Source: Candidatus Bathyarchaeota archaeon (lineage in GTDB: Archaea; Thermoproteota; Bathyarchaeia; Bathyarchaeales; Bathycorpusculaceae). Taken from it: a stretch of DNA of 64,000 bases. Numbering within the stretch: the stretch's first letter is position 1; each line of letters begins with the position of its first letter. Shown in pieces: positions 37,594 through 47,809 of the stretch. The translations under genes were made by a program, and so were the position numbers. The notes below the pieces were generated by a model. The model searched no databases. It was not told the DNA's origin and saw nothing but the letters and a program-made list of their open reading frames with translations. Location: the NCBI GenBank assembly GCA_963715865.1, contig OY970280.1, positions 1 to 64,000 on the forward strand, read 5' to 3'.

Positions 37594-38651
37594 AACAAAC
37601 AATCCTCCTAAAAGTTGACCCAGAAAACCCAGACCCAACAAAAATACAAACCGCAGCACAAATCATCCAAAAAGGCGGATTAGTGGCTTTTCCAACCGAG
37701 ACAGTTTACGGTTTAGGCGCAGACGCACTCAATCCAGATGCTGTCTTAGCACTTTTTGAAGCTAAAAAGCGACCCTTAGATAACCCACCAATCGTCCACA
37801 TAGCAAACGCAAGCGAAGTCTACAAACTAGCAAAGCAAGTGTCCAAAAAAGCTGAATTGCTGATGGAAAAGTTTTGGCCTGGACCATTAACCCTAATTTT
37901 CCCCCGCTCAAACATAGTACCAAACGTGACGGTTGCAGGTTTAGACACCGTTGCAATCCGCATGCCAAAACACAAAGTAGCCTTAGCATTAATCAAACAA
38001 AGCAATCGACCCATCGCTGCCCCAAGCGCAAACCTAGCAGGCAAACCCAGCCCAACAACCGCCAAACACGTTTATGAAGACCTAAACGGAAGAATCGACG
38101 CCATCCTCGACAGCGGACCCACAAACATCGGCGTTGAATCCACAGTTTTAGACTTAAGCGTTGACCCACCAATGGTTCTTCGCCCAGGTGGAACAACATT
38201 CGAAGCACTAAAACAAGTTCTCGGCGAGGTGAAACTTCACCCCTTCGTCGAAGCCGAACAAGAGTTGCCCCTTGAAAAAACCAGATCGCCTGGAATGAAA
38301 CACAAGCATTATGCGCCTAAAGCCGAGGTCATTCTCGTTGAAGGGGCAGTTCCAGCCGTCATCAAAAAAGTCAAAGAGTTAGCCGAATCTTACAAGCTTA
38401 AAGGCGCAAAAGTAGGCATCTTAGCTACCGACGAAACACAAGCCGCCTACAAAGCAGACGTGGTTAAGTCTCTTGGCAGCCGCTTCAACTTGGCAGTTGT
38501 CGCCCAAAACCTATTCCGTTTATTAAGGGAAGTTGACGCAGAAAACGTTGACGTTATAATTGCTGAAGGAGTGCCTTCTGAAGGCCTTGGTTTAGCCGTG
38601 ATGAATAGACTTCGCAAAGCATCAGGCTACCACATAATCAAAGCAGAATAA
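37590..38651 (+). CDS. sua5: L-threonylcarbamoyladenylate synthase (Sua5)
   Basis: FPTETVYGLGA, KKRPLDNP, FWPGPLT, AAPSAN, GVESTV, SPGMKHKHYAP, AVMNRLRKA. Confidence 0.95.
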   Translation: MKQTILLKVDPENPDPTKIQTAAQIIQKGGLVAFPTETVYGLGADALNPDAVLALFEAKKRPLDNPPIVHIANASEVYKLAKQVSKKAELLMEKFWPGPLTLIFPRSNIVPNVTVAGLDTVAIRMPKHKVALALIKQSNRPIAAPSANLAGKPSPTTAKHVYEDLNGRIDAILDSGPTNIGVESTVLDLSVDPPMVLRPGGTTFEALKQVLGEVKLHPFVEAEQELPLEKTRSPGMKHKHYAPKAEVILVEGAVPAVIKKVKELAESYKLKGAKVGILATDETQAAYKADVVKSLGSRFNLAVVAQNLFRLLREVDAENVDVIIAEGVPSEGLGLAVMNRLRKASGYHIIKAE

Positions 38652-39551
38652 CTATCTACGAATAAGAGCGAGCAGCCTATCTAAACCGATGGTGGCAACA
38701 CAAAGAACACTATCCGCTGCCCCATAATAAACAAAAAGTCGATCATCCAAAATCACGTTGCCGCAGCTAAAAACAACATTGGGAACTTTACCAAAGCGTT
38801 CATAATCTTCCTTTGGCGCTAAAACATGCTCTTTCGAGCGGTAAAGAACCTGTTCAGGATGATCCTGATCAAGCAGAGCAATGCCTAAAGAATACAGCCG
38901 TTCCACGCTTGTCCCGTGGTAAATTACCAGCCAACCCTCGTTAATTTTTATCGGCTGACCAGCTACTCCAATTTTCCCGTTGTCCCAGCCTTCAGCTTGC
39001 GGCTTCATTACAGACATTATATCACACCAACGTATCAAATCATCTGAATAAGCTATACAAATGTCAGGATCAATGCGGTGAAGCATAACATATCTGCCGT
39101 TAACCCTTTGCGGAAAAATAACGGCGTCTTTATTGCGGATGCCTGGAAAAGGTAACTTGCGCGTTCCCCAATTCCATCGTCTATGAATAAAATCGCCTTT
39201 AACAATTGTTGTCATCGCAACCTGATAAACTTGCAAGTGACTATACTCTCTAAGCGCAGTATAAGTCATTATAAGCTGGTCGTCTACTTCGCTTAATCGT
39301 GGATCTTCACAGCCGTCCTTTTCACACTCGGCTGCCGGTTCAAAGACTGGATCTGGGAAACGCTCATCTATGGTGAAGCCGTCAACGGAAGTTGCATAAC
39401 CAAGCCTGGAAATGTTGTCATTACCAATTGCCCTATAGAGAATGTGTACTTTGTCATCAAGGTAAATTGCCGCTGCATTGAATACCCCTCGTGACTCCCA
39501 AGAATGCTCCTGTACTGGACGTAAAATCGGATTACCGGGAAAGCGTTCCAT
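38652..39551 (-). CDS. GH130 family glycosidase/phosphorylase, paralog 1
   Basis: VFNAAA, GCEDPRL, NKDAVIF, LHRI, YHG, VPNVVFSCG, YYGAADS. Confidence 0.88.
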   Translation of the reverse strand: MERFPGNPILRPVQEHSWESRGVFNAAAIYLDDKVHILYRAIGNDNISRLGYATSVDGFTIDERFPDPVFEPAAECEKDGCEDPRLSEVDDQLIMTYTALREYSHLQVYQVAMTTIVKGDFIHRRWNWGTRKLPFPGIRNKDAVIFPQRVNGRYVMLHRIDPDICIAYSDDLIRWCDIMSVMKPQAEGWDNGKIGVAGQPIKINEGWLVIYHGTSVERLYSLGIALLDQDHPEQVLYRSKEHVLAPKEDYERFGKVPNVVFSCGNVILDDRLFVYYGAADSVLCVATIGLDRLLALIRR

Positions 39552-39560
39552 AAAAAGTTC

Positions 39561-39962
39561 CTAAGAAGAGCTCGGTATCGGCGTTTTTATTCCAAGGATT
39601 TCATCAAAGAAAGCTCTCAGCGAAAAAAGCCCTATTACCTTTCCTGTTTGGTCCGTTACTGGCAAGTGCCGTATATTGTGAGAGAGCATTAGTCTTTTTG
39701 CTTCGTCGAAGGAAGCTTCAAGCGACACTGTAACTACATGCCTGCTCATTACCTTACTTAACGGTTGGTCTGTGGAAAATTTTTGGGCAACAATACGGAT
39801 TGCATCGCGTTCAGTAAACATTCCTATGCACTTTGCTTCGTCATCGATAATTACTATCGATCCAACGTGCCTGTCGCTAAGAAGTTGAACAGCGTCTTGA
39901 ATTGTGGAATCTTCTTTTGCAGTAACTACTTTTTTACACATTATATCTCGTATTTTAAGCAT
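39561..39962 (-). CDS. Stand-alone CBS-pair protein
   Basis: HVGSIVI...IGMFTERD; NIRHLPVTD...VIGLFS. Confidence 0.88.
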   Translation of the reverse strand: MLKIRDIMCKKVVTAKEDSTIQDAVQLLSDRHVGSIVIIDDEAKCIGMFTERDAIRIVAQKFSTDQPLSKVMSRHVVTVSLEASFDEAKRLMLSHNIRHLPVTDQTGKVIGLFSLRAFFDEILGIKTPIPSSS

Positions 39963-40058
39963 AGGTTCACAATCTTTTTTTATCTATCAAAATAGTTAAT
40001 TTGCCACAAGGGTCTTTAGCAACCCCCTTGTTGTTCAAGCTCTCTTTTGCTTCCAAAC

Positions 40059-41093
40059 TCATTGTTTTAATTCCTCCAGTTTCAAACGTGCCAAAAGGTA
40101 GGAAATGGATGATTCAGCCCCTTGGTTCATATTTACCTCTTCAGGAGCTATACCATCAAAGCATCCGCCTGTCTCTGGATTATACACCAATACTTTTCGG
40201 CTGTTTCTCCCCAAAAACCACTCAAATGTCGTGTTAGCCACTTGCACATAGCCCTTATCCTTTGTGGCATAAAAAGCATCAACCGCTGCTTCAACCATAG
40301 CTGCAGCTTCTAACGGTTGCTGATCATAAAACGCTCGCTTTTCACCCCTTTTAAACCAGCCGTCGTTGCCTATTGGCACAAAAACATCATTTACCATTTG
40401 AATTTTAAGCAGAAAATCCATTGATTCCTTGGCTACGTCTAAGTATTTTTGTTTGCCAACGATTGTGTATGCTTCGAAAAGGGCTTGGGGCAATCTGGCA
40501 TTATCATAAGTTAGGTGGGATTCAAACCAGCGCCAATCATCTTTAACTTCATCTTGGTAATGCTGAATAAAACTATCAGCTAACTTTTCTACACTAACCT
40601 TCAAGTCATTATCTTGATGCGCTCGGTAATATTGTGAGAGTCCCAAAATCGTGAGAGCATAGAATCTGAGTGATGTTAATTTCCAAACCCATGGCAGCCC
40701 TCTGTCAAATATGTCCTTGGCAACCATTTTCATATACTTAGGCAAAGTAGAGTTAATTGCGCATCCGCAACCCCAAAGAGCACGACCCATACAATCCTCC
40801 GACCCGTCAACATCTCGGAAACTGCGTTCGTAACTTAAGTAATTATGAAAGCTGCCTTCAGGCTTCTGCATATGATTAAGAAATGCTAAGTAAACTTTTG
40901 CCAGGGCTTCCATCCGCGGGTCATTTTTTAAACGGTGATATCTTGTGCAAACGATTAATGCACGAGCGTTGTCATCTGTTGTGTAGCCTTCGTTTCGTTT
41001 TGGAATGCAATATTTAGCATGTTGAAAAACGCCTGTGTCATCCGTGAGAGCTTCCAGGTAGTCTATCTTTATAGGTGGAAGCTGGATGGCCAT
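40059..41093 (-). CDS. Six-hairpin (alpha/alpha) glycosidase-like protein, the type usually fused C-terminally to GT4 in bacteria
   Basis: LTDDTGVFQHA, GYTTDDNARAL, WFESHLTYDNARLP, FYDQQPLEA, CFDGI, NQGAES. Confidence 0.75.
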   Translation of the reverse strand: MAIQLPPIKIDYLEALTDDTGVFQHAKYCIPKRNEGYTTDDNARALIVCTRYHRLKNDPRMEALAKVYLAFLNHMQKPEGSFHNYLSYERSFRDVDGSEDCMGRALWGCGCAINSTLPKYMKMVAKDIFDRGLPWVWKLTSLRFYALTILGLSQYYRAHQDNDLKVSVEKLADSFIQHYQDEVKDDWRWFESHLTYDNARLPQALFEAYTIVGKQKYLDVAKESMDFLLKIQMVNDVFVPIGNDGWFKRGEKRAFYDQQPLEAAAMVEAAVDAFYATKDKGYVQVANTTFEWFLGRNSRKVLVYNPETGGCFDGIAPEEVNMNQGAESSISYLLARLKLEELKQ

Positions 41094-42283
41094 TCCTCCT
41101 TAGATTGCCTAGTTAGCTCGTCGAAGAGGGCAAGATATTTTTTAGCAACCAAGGGCCAAGTGAACTTTCTGCTGTATTTGTAGGCTTTATGCTCCAAAGA
41201 CTCTCTGAGAGGTTTGTTCTCGATTATTTCTGTTACCCGTTCAGCTATAGAGGCTGAATCATTAAAACCACAAAAGACGCCTCGTCCTTCGCCTAATGCC
41301 TCTTTAGCATGTAGATAAGGTGTTGACACTATTGCTTTACCCGCACCCAACGCGTATGACAAGGTACCACTACTAACTTGGTTCGGAAAAAGATACGGTG
41401 TAATATACACGTCAGTTGCCTGCAAGTAATTTATTAACTCAGGCTTGGAGAGGAAACGATTCAGAAATTTCACATGCCCACGGAGCCCAAGGTTTTTAGC
41501 CATGCGCATTAGCATATTTCGGTAAGCTTCACCTTCTGTCTTTTTTACTTGAGGGTGAGTAACGCCTAGAACATAGTAAACTATTCGGGGTTCTCTTTTA
41601 AGAACCTCTGGAAGAGCTTCAATAACGTACTCGATTCCTTTGCCCTTGCTTAAAAGCCCAAAAGATGACAATACAATCCTGTTTTTTAAACCAAGAACAG
41701 GTTTTACTTTTGAGCTAGGAACTAGTGGAATATCGGGGCAGCCGTGTGGAATTAGCTTTAATTTTTTCTCGGGAACGCCATACTGCTTGACTAGTGAACG
41801 TGTAGTTTTATTTAACACTACTATGGCTGAACTTTGATTAACAATTTTGTTAAAAACTTCTTTTGCCTTATGCTCAAAATTAGGGAGAACGGTGTGAAGC
41901 GTTGTTGAAACGGGCTTTTTCAGCTTATCTAAAAAATTACAAATATATTCTCCGCATTGCCCGCCGAAAATTCCAAATTCATGTTGAATATTTACTACGT
42001 TAACAGAAGAGTGGTTGAGGAAATCAGCCATTAAAAGGTAATCCTCAATGAAATCGCGGCCAATCTTATGCTGTACTCCTCCATAAACGGGTTTGAAAAG
42101 CCGATGCCCATCAATTGAAATAACTTTCTGGTCTTTCAATTTGTTTAGTTGGCTGACAGAGTTAACTAGGTCGGCTGTGAAAGTCGCTATACCACATTTT
42201 CTGGGCGGAAAAGTGCTAACGTAAGCAACTTCTTTAACGCTAGTCAATGTGGGGGTGCCTAGAACATACTTTGCCAACGACAA
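41069..42283 (-). CDS. GT4 glycosyltransferase
   Basis: STFPPRKCGIATF, IQHEFGIFGG, TLHTV, IPHGCP, SFGLLSKGKG, DVYITPY, SSGTLSYA. Confidence 0.88.
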   Translation of the reverse strand: MSLAKYVLGTPTLTSVKEVAYVSTFPPRKCGIATFTADLVNSVSQLNKLKDQKVISIDGHRLFKPVYGGVQHKIGRDFIEDYLLMADFLNHSSVNVVNIQHEFGIFGGQCGEYICNFLDKLKKPVSTTLHTVLPNFEHKAKEVFNKIVNQSSAIVVLNKTTRSLVKQYGVPEKKLKLIPHGCPDIPLVPSSKVKPVLGLKNRIVLSSFGLLSKGKGIEYVIEALPEVLKREPRIVYYVLGVTHPQVKKTEGEAYRNMLMRMAKNLGLRGHVKFLNRFLSKPELINYLQATDVYITPYLFPNQVSSGTLSYALGAGKAIVSTPYLHAKEALGEGRGVFCGFNDSASIAERVTEIIENKPLRESLEHKAYKYSRKFTWPLVAKKYLALFDELTRQSKEEWPSSFHL

Positions 42284-42427
42284 ATCACGTTATATATTGA
42301 GGTTCGGCTGTCTTTAAGCACATGTGATTGTATGATAACAGTCACAATGTCGATTTTTAGCATACTTTTACATGATGTTTATATGTTACCTGATGAATGT
42401 TTTTTTTCAGAGGGGAGAGAGGGATTC

Positions 42428-43321
42428 TTGAAACGATTTGAACGTAATCCCATATTGGAGCCTATAAAAAGTAATACTTGGGAATCTCAAGCTGTGTTTA
42501 ACGCTGCAGCCGTTTATGGCAACGGATTAGTACACATTGTTTATCGTGCATTGGGCAGTGACCACGTCTCAAGATTTGGTTACGCTACATCCGTTGATGG
42601 CTTTACTATAAAAGAGAGGATTGATTCGCCAATCTTCCATCCGACTAACCATGCGGAAAGAGACGGATGCGAGGACCCACGCCTTACAGTTATCGGCGAT
42701 CAATGTTTAATGGCTTATACGGCGTTCCGAAACCATGATTACCCAGTAATTTTCCAAATCTCGTTAACTTCAATCAACTTGAACGATTTTCTTAACCGCC
42801 AATGGAATTGGAAAGAAAGAATTCTGCCATTCCCAGGAATACGCAACAAAGATGCCGTTATTCTTCCAGGCAAAGTAGACGGCAAATACGTAATGTTCCA
42901 CCGTATTGAACCAAGCATCTGCGTTGCTTATTCTGAAGACCTAAAGCAGTGGCACGGTTTCAAGTCTGTCATGGAGCCAAGAGATAAAATGTGGGACAGC
43001 CAAAAAATTGGTGCTGCAGGAACACCCATAGAACTTAACGAGGGCTACCTATTCATTTACCATGGAGTAGATGAGGCTAAGCATTATTCGCTCGGTGCTG
43101 CCTTGTTAGATAAGAGTAACCCTGAAAAAATGCTTTACCGCTCTGAAAAACCCATCCTTACTCCATGCGAAGGCTATGAATGCGTTGGTTATGTGCCTAA
43201 TGTAGTGTTCAGCTGCGGAAACGTGCAACTAGACGACCAAGTCATCGTCTACTATGGTGGCGCTGACAGTGTATTATGTGCAGCAAGCTATGAACTCAAC
43301 GAGTTGCTTCCCAAGAAATAG
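42428..43321 (+). CDS. GH130 family glycosidase/phosphorylase, paralog 2
   Basis: VFNAAA, GCEDPRL, NKDAVIL, FHRI, YHG, VPNVVFSCG, YYGGADS; TTG start at 42428 preferred. Confidence 0.88.
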   Translation: MKRFERNPILEPIKSNTWESQAVFNAAAVYGNGLVHIVYRALGSDHVSRFGYATSVDGFTIKERIDSPIFHPTNHAERDGCEDPRLTVIGDQCLMAYTAFRNHDYPVIFQISLTSINLNDFLNRQWNWKERILPFPGIRNKDAVILPGKVDGKYVMFHRIEPSICVAYSEDLKQWHGFKSVMEPRDKMWDSQKIGAAGTPIELNEGYLFIYHGVDEAKHYSLGAALLDKSNPEKMLYRSEKPILTPCEGYECVGYVPNVVFSCGNVQLDDQVIVYYGGADSVLCAASYELNELLPKK

Positions 43322-43641
43322 CATCAGCATTGTAAACGCGCAAGTTATTGACTCCCAAGGCAATGCCTTTTTTCAGGCTATTTTTTTTTAATTTTATAAG
43401 GTTTATGTTGGAGTGGAATTACAGTCACATATTCTTAAATTATGGTCAATAGAGAATTATTGATGTGCGTCTATCATTGGTATCTATGGAAGACTGGTGA
43501 TGAGTTGCTGCCTTTTGCTAAAAGAGGTCAATCTAAAGTTTAGTTAAAGATAGAAAGAATAACCGGGTCGCACAAAAAATCCACAATTTTTCCTTTTGGG
43601 AATCTACCAAATTAGCGGATTAGTAAGGAGGAGGTGAAGAC

Positions 43642-44217
43642 GTGTCAGGGTCTTATAAACGTGAGGCAGAAAATATTGAGAAAAGAAAGTCTGATTACAT
43701 GGGTGAGGTTGAATCGAGAGATATGAGAAGCGTTGATGAAAAAGGCTACCCTGAAGAAACAAAAGAGGATGAAGCGCAAAATGAAAAAAAAGCAGATGAA
43801 CAGTGGTCCAGTGAAGACCAATCGCCAATAGCTGGCAGAATGTCTGGAACCATGGAGGAGCTGGAAAGAATTCAGGGTTCAGAAGCTACGACTAGCGATG
43901 AAGTTCGCGAATGCTTGCAGGATTGCCTAGATTGCTACCAAACATGCACTGAAACCATAATAAGATGCTTGACAATGGACGGTAAACACGCTGAACTTGA
44001 ACATCTGAATCTCCTGATGGATTGCGCTAGAATATGCAATACAAACGCAGATTTTATGCTTAGAAACTCAACCTATTACCCACAAACATGCGGTATAACT
44101 GCAGACATCTGTGACGAATGCGCCGATAGTTGTGACAGGTTCGATGATGATTTCATGAAGGAATGCGCCAGCGTGTGCAGGCGTTGTGCTGAGTCATGTA
44201 GAGAAATGGCAAGATAA
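43642..44217 (+). CDS. Four-helix-bundle copper storage protein (Csp3/DUF326-like) with acidic N-terminal extension
   Basis: 15 Cys in CxxxC/CxxC periodicity in the C-terminal ~100 aa; strong ggaggtga SD. Confidence 0.82.
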   Translation: MSGSYKREAENIEKRKSDYMGEVESRDMRSVDEKGYPEETKEDEAQNEKKADEQWSSEDQSPIAGRMSGTMEELERIQGSEATTSDEVRECLQDCLDCYQTCTETIIRCLTMDGKHAELEHLNLLMDCARICNTNADFMLRNSTYYPQTCGITADICDECADSCDRFDDDFMKECASVCRRCAESCREMAR

Positions 44218-44336
44218 TCTACCTATTAATTGGTAGTCCAACGATTTTTTTGAAATGCCCTCAATGTAGCATCAGTAAACGCTTCCTTTTTTATTTATAA
44301 TTTGATTTTCAAACAATAATTAAAGGCAGTGATTGT

Positions 44337-44495
44337 TTGCCTCTAAGAGGTGTGGAAAGACCAAAGCGAAAGCGGCAATATGAACATATTAAGGAGTCAG
44401 AGCTTAAGCGGGGCGCATCTGAAGAGGATGCAGAGCGTATTGCTGCGGCAACAACTAATAAAACTCGAAGAGAAAGAGGTGAAACAAAAAGCTAA
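44337..44495 (+). CDS. 52-aa basic microprotein, RQYEHIK family (not in the ORF track)
   Basis: TTG start: MPLRGVERPKRKRQYEHIKESELKRGASEEDAERIAAATTNKTRRERGETKS; resembles small bacterial proteins RQYEHIK.S...RG....AE.IAA.T.NK. Confidence 0.7.
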   Translation: MPLRGVERPKRKRQYEHIKESELKRGASEEDAERIAAATTNKTRRERGETKS

Positions 44496-44637
44496 TAGAC
44501 TTAGCTTCAAGTTTCTTAGTATTCATACAGAGTAATCAGTTACTTAGTTATGGCGTTACTCATTGGGAAAAATTTATATTTAAATATTTGATTGTGAATT
44601 CCGTTTGTAATTAGAAAATAAAAAACTTGGTGAAATT

Positions 44638-46314
44638 ATGTCTACAGGTGGAGGAACAGTCCCAGTTATAGTATTAAGAGAAGGAACCGGCAGATCGACC
44701 GGGCGCGAAGTACAAAAAAACAACATCATGGCTGCAAAAATAGTTGCTGAAGCAGTGAAAAGCACGCTTGGTCCATGCGGCATGGATAAAATGCTCGTTA
44801 ACAGCATGGGCGACGTTGCTATAACTAATGACGGCGCAACTATAATGAAAGAGCTTGACGTTCAGCACCCAGCGGCAAAAATGCTTGTGGAAGTTGCAAA
44901 AGCTCAAGACAACGAAGTTGGTGACGGAACAACAACCGCAGTGATTTTGGCTGGAGAGTTACTTTCAAAAGCTGAAGGCTTGCTTGACAAAAACGTCCAT
45001 CCCACAGTTATAATTGAGGGTTACAAGAAGGCTAGTGAGAAAGCTCAGGAAATTTTGGATAAAATCGCAATTCCCATTTCTATAGATGATGATAGAACCC
45101 TAAGGGATGTAGCAATCACATCCTTGTCTAGCAAAGGCATTAACGTTGCTGAAGACCACTTTGCAAAAATAATTGTTGAAGCAGTTAAACAGGTGTCAGA
45201 GAAAGTTGACGGCAAATACAAAGCGGACATAGACCTAATTAAAGTCGTTAAGAAGCACGGCAAAAGCCTAGATGAAACAGAACTTGTCAAAGGCATGGTT
45301 ATCGACAAGGAAGTTGCAAGCTCACAAATGCCAAAGTTCATTGACGGCGCCAAAATCGCTTTACTGAACGCCAAGATGGAGATTGAAAAAACAGAGTTTG
45401 ATGCTAAAATAAACATTGAAAGCCCAGATCAAATGCAACTTTTCCTCGACGAAGAAGAACGTATGCTCAAAGACATGGTTAACTCAGTTACCAAGTCAGG
45501 CGCGAACGTTATCTTCTGCGAGAAAGGTATCGACGACATGGCACTGCACTTTTTAGGCAAAGCTGGAGTTTTAGCAGTTAAAAGCGTAAGCAGCAGCGAC
45601 ATAGAAAAACTGTCCAGAGCAACAGGCGGCAAAATAGTTGCAAGCATCAAGGATTTGACTGCTGACGCCCTCGGCAAAGCAAAAAAGGTCGAAGAAGTCA
45701 AAATCGGCGATGACAAACTCATTTATGTACGCGACTGCAAGAACCCCAAAGCCGTAACCATCGTCATCCGAGGCGCATCCAACCACGTTATCGACGAAGC
45801 AGAACGCTCACTACACGACGGCTTAAGCGTTGTAAGAAACTCTATTGAAGACGGCAAAATCGTGGCAGGCGGCGGCGCACCAGAAGCAGAACTAGCCAAA
45901 AACCTACGAGCCTACGCAGTTAAAGTCGGCGGACGAGAGCAACTGGCAGTAGAAGCTTTCGCAGAAGCAGTAGAAGCAATACCGCTAACGCTTGCTGAGA
46001 ACGCAGGCTTAGACCCCATAGACATCATGGTCGCGTTGCGAGCAGAACACGAGAAACCAGACAGCAAAAACTTCGGCATCGAAGTCTCAACCGGCAAAAT
46101 CAAAAACATGTACGACCTAATGGTAGTTGAGCCACTGCGTGTGAAGCAGCAAGTCATAAAGTCAGCCACTGAAGCAGCAAACATGATACTGAAAATCGAC
46201 GATTTAATCAGCGTTAAAGGCGGCGGCAAAATGCCCCCGATGCCTCCAGGCGGAATGGGCGGCGGCATGGGTGGAATGGGTGGCATGGGCGGTATGGGCG
46301 GAATGCCCTACTAA
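44638..46314 (+). CDS. ths: Thermosome (group II chaperonin) subunit
   Basis: [42 protein letters not shown] tail. Confidence 0.97.
   Translation: MSTGGGTVPVIVLREGTGRSTGREVQKNNIMAAKIVAEAVKSTLGPCGMDKMLVNSMGDVAITNDGATIMKELDVQHPAAKMLVEVAKAQDNEVGDGTTTAVILAGELLSKAEGLLDKNVHPTVIIEGYKKASEKAQEILDKIAIPISIDDDRTLRDVAITSLSSKGINVAEDHFAKIIVEAVKQVSEKVDGKYKADIDLIKVVKKHGKSLDETELVKGMVIDKEVASSQMPKFIDGAKIALLNAKMEIEKTEFDAKINIESPDQMQLFLDEEERMLKDMVNSVTKSGANVIFCEKGIDDMALHFLGKAGVLAVKSVSSSDIEKLSRATGGKIVASIKDLTADALGKAKKVEEVKIGDDKLIYVRDCKNPKAVTIVIRGASNHVIDEAERSLHDGLSVVRNSIEDGKIVAGGGAPEAELAKNLRAYAVKVGGREQLAVEAFAEAVEAIPLTLAENAGLDPIDIMVALRAEHEKPDSKNFGIEVSTGKIKNMYDLMVVEPLRVKQQVIKSATEAANMILKIDDLISVKGGGKMPPMPPGGMGGGMGGMGGMGGMGGMPY
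46219..46308 (+). repeat. GGM-encoding 9-nt tandem repeats in the thermosome tail
   Basis: ggcggaatg/ggtggaatg/ggtggcatg/ggcggtatg units. Confidence 0.85.
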
Positions 46315-46449
46315 AAACCTCCTTTATCTTTTTTACTTTTTAAAAACCAAGCTTGCGTTTAATTTTAATCAAGTTTTCATTAGTGTTTTTAAGTGGTAAA
46401 CTTATATTCAAAATGACTAGACACTATTCGGTGTCGTGGAGACTTCGCT

Positions 46450-47181
46450 ATGAAGCATGTTAAGATTACAGCGTTCGATTGCCCTGACGCTTGGTTCAAA
46501 ACGCTAAGCCATATATGGAGCGAAGGGGACATTTTTCGTGTGGGGTTTGGCTCAGAAGAAACCGAAACGAAGAAGCTAAATCTTTCTATTGAAATTACTC
46601 ACCCAGAGAGCAGGCCGCTTGTCAGTGATAAGGCGCCTTGCGATATCAAGTACGTTCAAGGTTACGCGTTGGAGTATCTTTGGTGTGGGGAGAAACAGGA
46701 TGAAACCTACACTTATGGCAGTAGGCTCAACTATCCTGTCAACCAGATTGAGGAAGCAGTAAAGAGGTATGTGGAGGAGCAGAGGGACAGGCAAGTCACA
46801 ATGGTAATCAGGCTTCCCGAGGACATCAAGAAGTTCCGTCCAGGCACCACTGAGCGCCATGAACCGCCATGCCTAAGCCTGATTGACACCGAAATCCTAG
46901 ATGAGCGGTTGCATTTAACTTGCTATTTCCGCTCTTGGGACGCGTATGCGGGTTTGCCAGCCAACATTGCAGGCTTACAATTATTCAACGAAGCATTCGT
47001 ATCAGAAATAAATGAGCGTGGGAATCTTTCGTTGAAAACTGGCAAACTGATTTTCCATTCAAAAAACTGCCATATTTATCAGCGGCAATTCAACCTTGTC
47101 AGGGAACTCTTAGAGCCAAAGGATAGTTCAAAGAATACTCGAATGGCAAAAACCCTGCGGGAACTCGAAAAAGAAGAGTAA
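46450..47181 (+). CDS. thyA: Thymidylate synthase, archaeal ThyA-type
   Basis: YTYGSRL, PPCL (catalytic Cys), FRSWD, PANIAG, NCHIY. Confidence 0.85.
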   Translation: MKHVKITAFDCPDAWFKTLSHIWSEGDIFRVGFGSEETETKKLNLSIEITHPESRPLVSDKAPCDIKYVQGYALEYLWCGEKQDETYTYGSRLNYPVNQIEEAVKRYVEEQRDRQVTMVIRLPEDIKKFRPGTTERHEPPCLSLIDTEILDERLHLTCYFRSWDAYAGLPANIAGLQLFNEAFVSEINERGNLSLKTGKLIFHSKNCHIYQRQFNLVRELLEPKDSSKNTRMAKTLRELEKEE

Positions 47182-47195
47182 TTGGCGATTATGTT

Positions 47196-47519
47196 TTGAG
47201 CGATAGACTAGTCCGCGTAAAAAAGTGGGAAGAACTCAAACGTATAGTTAACGAGTTAAAACCAGACTCAATAGTCTACAACATTGAGCAAACTGGCATT
47301 TCAAAAAGCCGAGAATTCACAAGCTTGCGGCTCATCATTCCCTCGAAGAACTATTATGTTTACGTTGATTTCCCGAAAGGAAATGCGCTTAGGGAAACAG
47401 GAATTCCCATTCATGTGGATGCAAGTGGAACCCGCTGCATAGAAGACGATGACATAAGAGATTTTCTTAAGAGGGCGTTTGGCGAGAAATTGCCTGTTTA
47501 CTCATATTGGATTACATAA
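47196..47519 (+). CDS. Conserved hypothetical protein
   Basis: 107-aa ORF, TTG start 14 bp after thyA, globular composition. Confidence 0.6.
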   Translation: MSDRLVRVKKWEELKRIVNELKPDSIVYNIEQTGISKSREFTSLRLIIPSKNYYVYVDFPKGNALRETGIPIHVDASGTRCIEDDDIRDFLKRAFGEKLPVYSYWIT

Positions 47520-47809
47520 AAGGCTATTTTTTGCTGGGTAATCAAGGCTTGTCCAAGCCGTATTGCTTCTTTAATTTGCGCTTTTTTTATCCTCAGACAA
47601 AACTGCTACCTCTGCAAGTATTACAGAAAAGATTTAGTGATTTATTTCTTTCCAAGATTACTTGCATTATATCAATTTCAGCAGAGACTATCAATTGATT
47701 ATGCATGTGCACACTTGCCATTAATCTTAACACGGATGAGGAATTTTGACCACCAGCAAATCTTTTAAGTATTTCATGGTACAAAATAATGGGCATAAGG
47801 GATAAAAAA

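Noticed and set aside
44350-44535. ORF-track 61-aa protein MWKDQSES...
   Set aside because: The overlapping frame 44337-44495 gives a recognisable family pattern; this frame does not.
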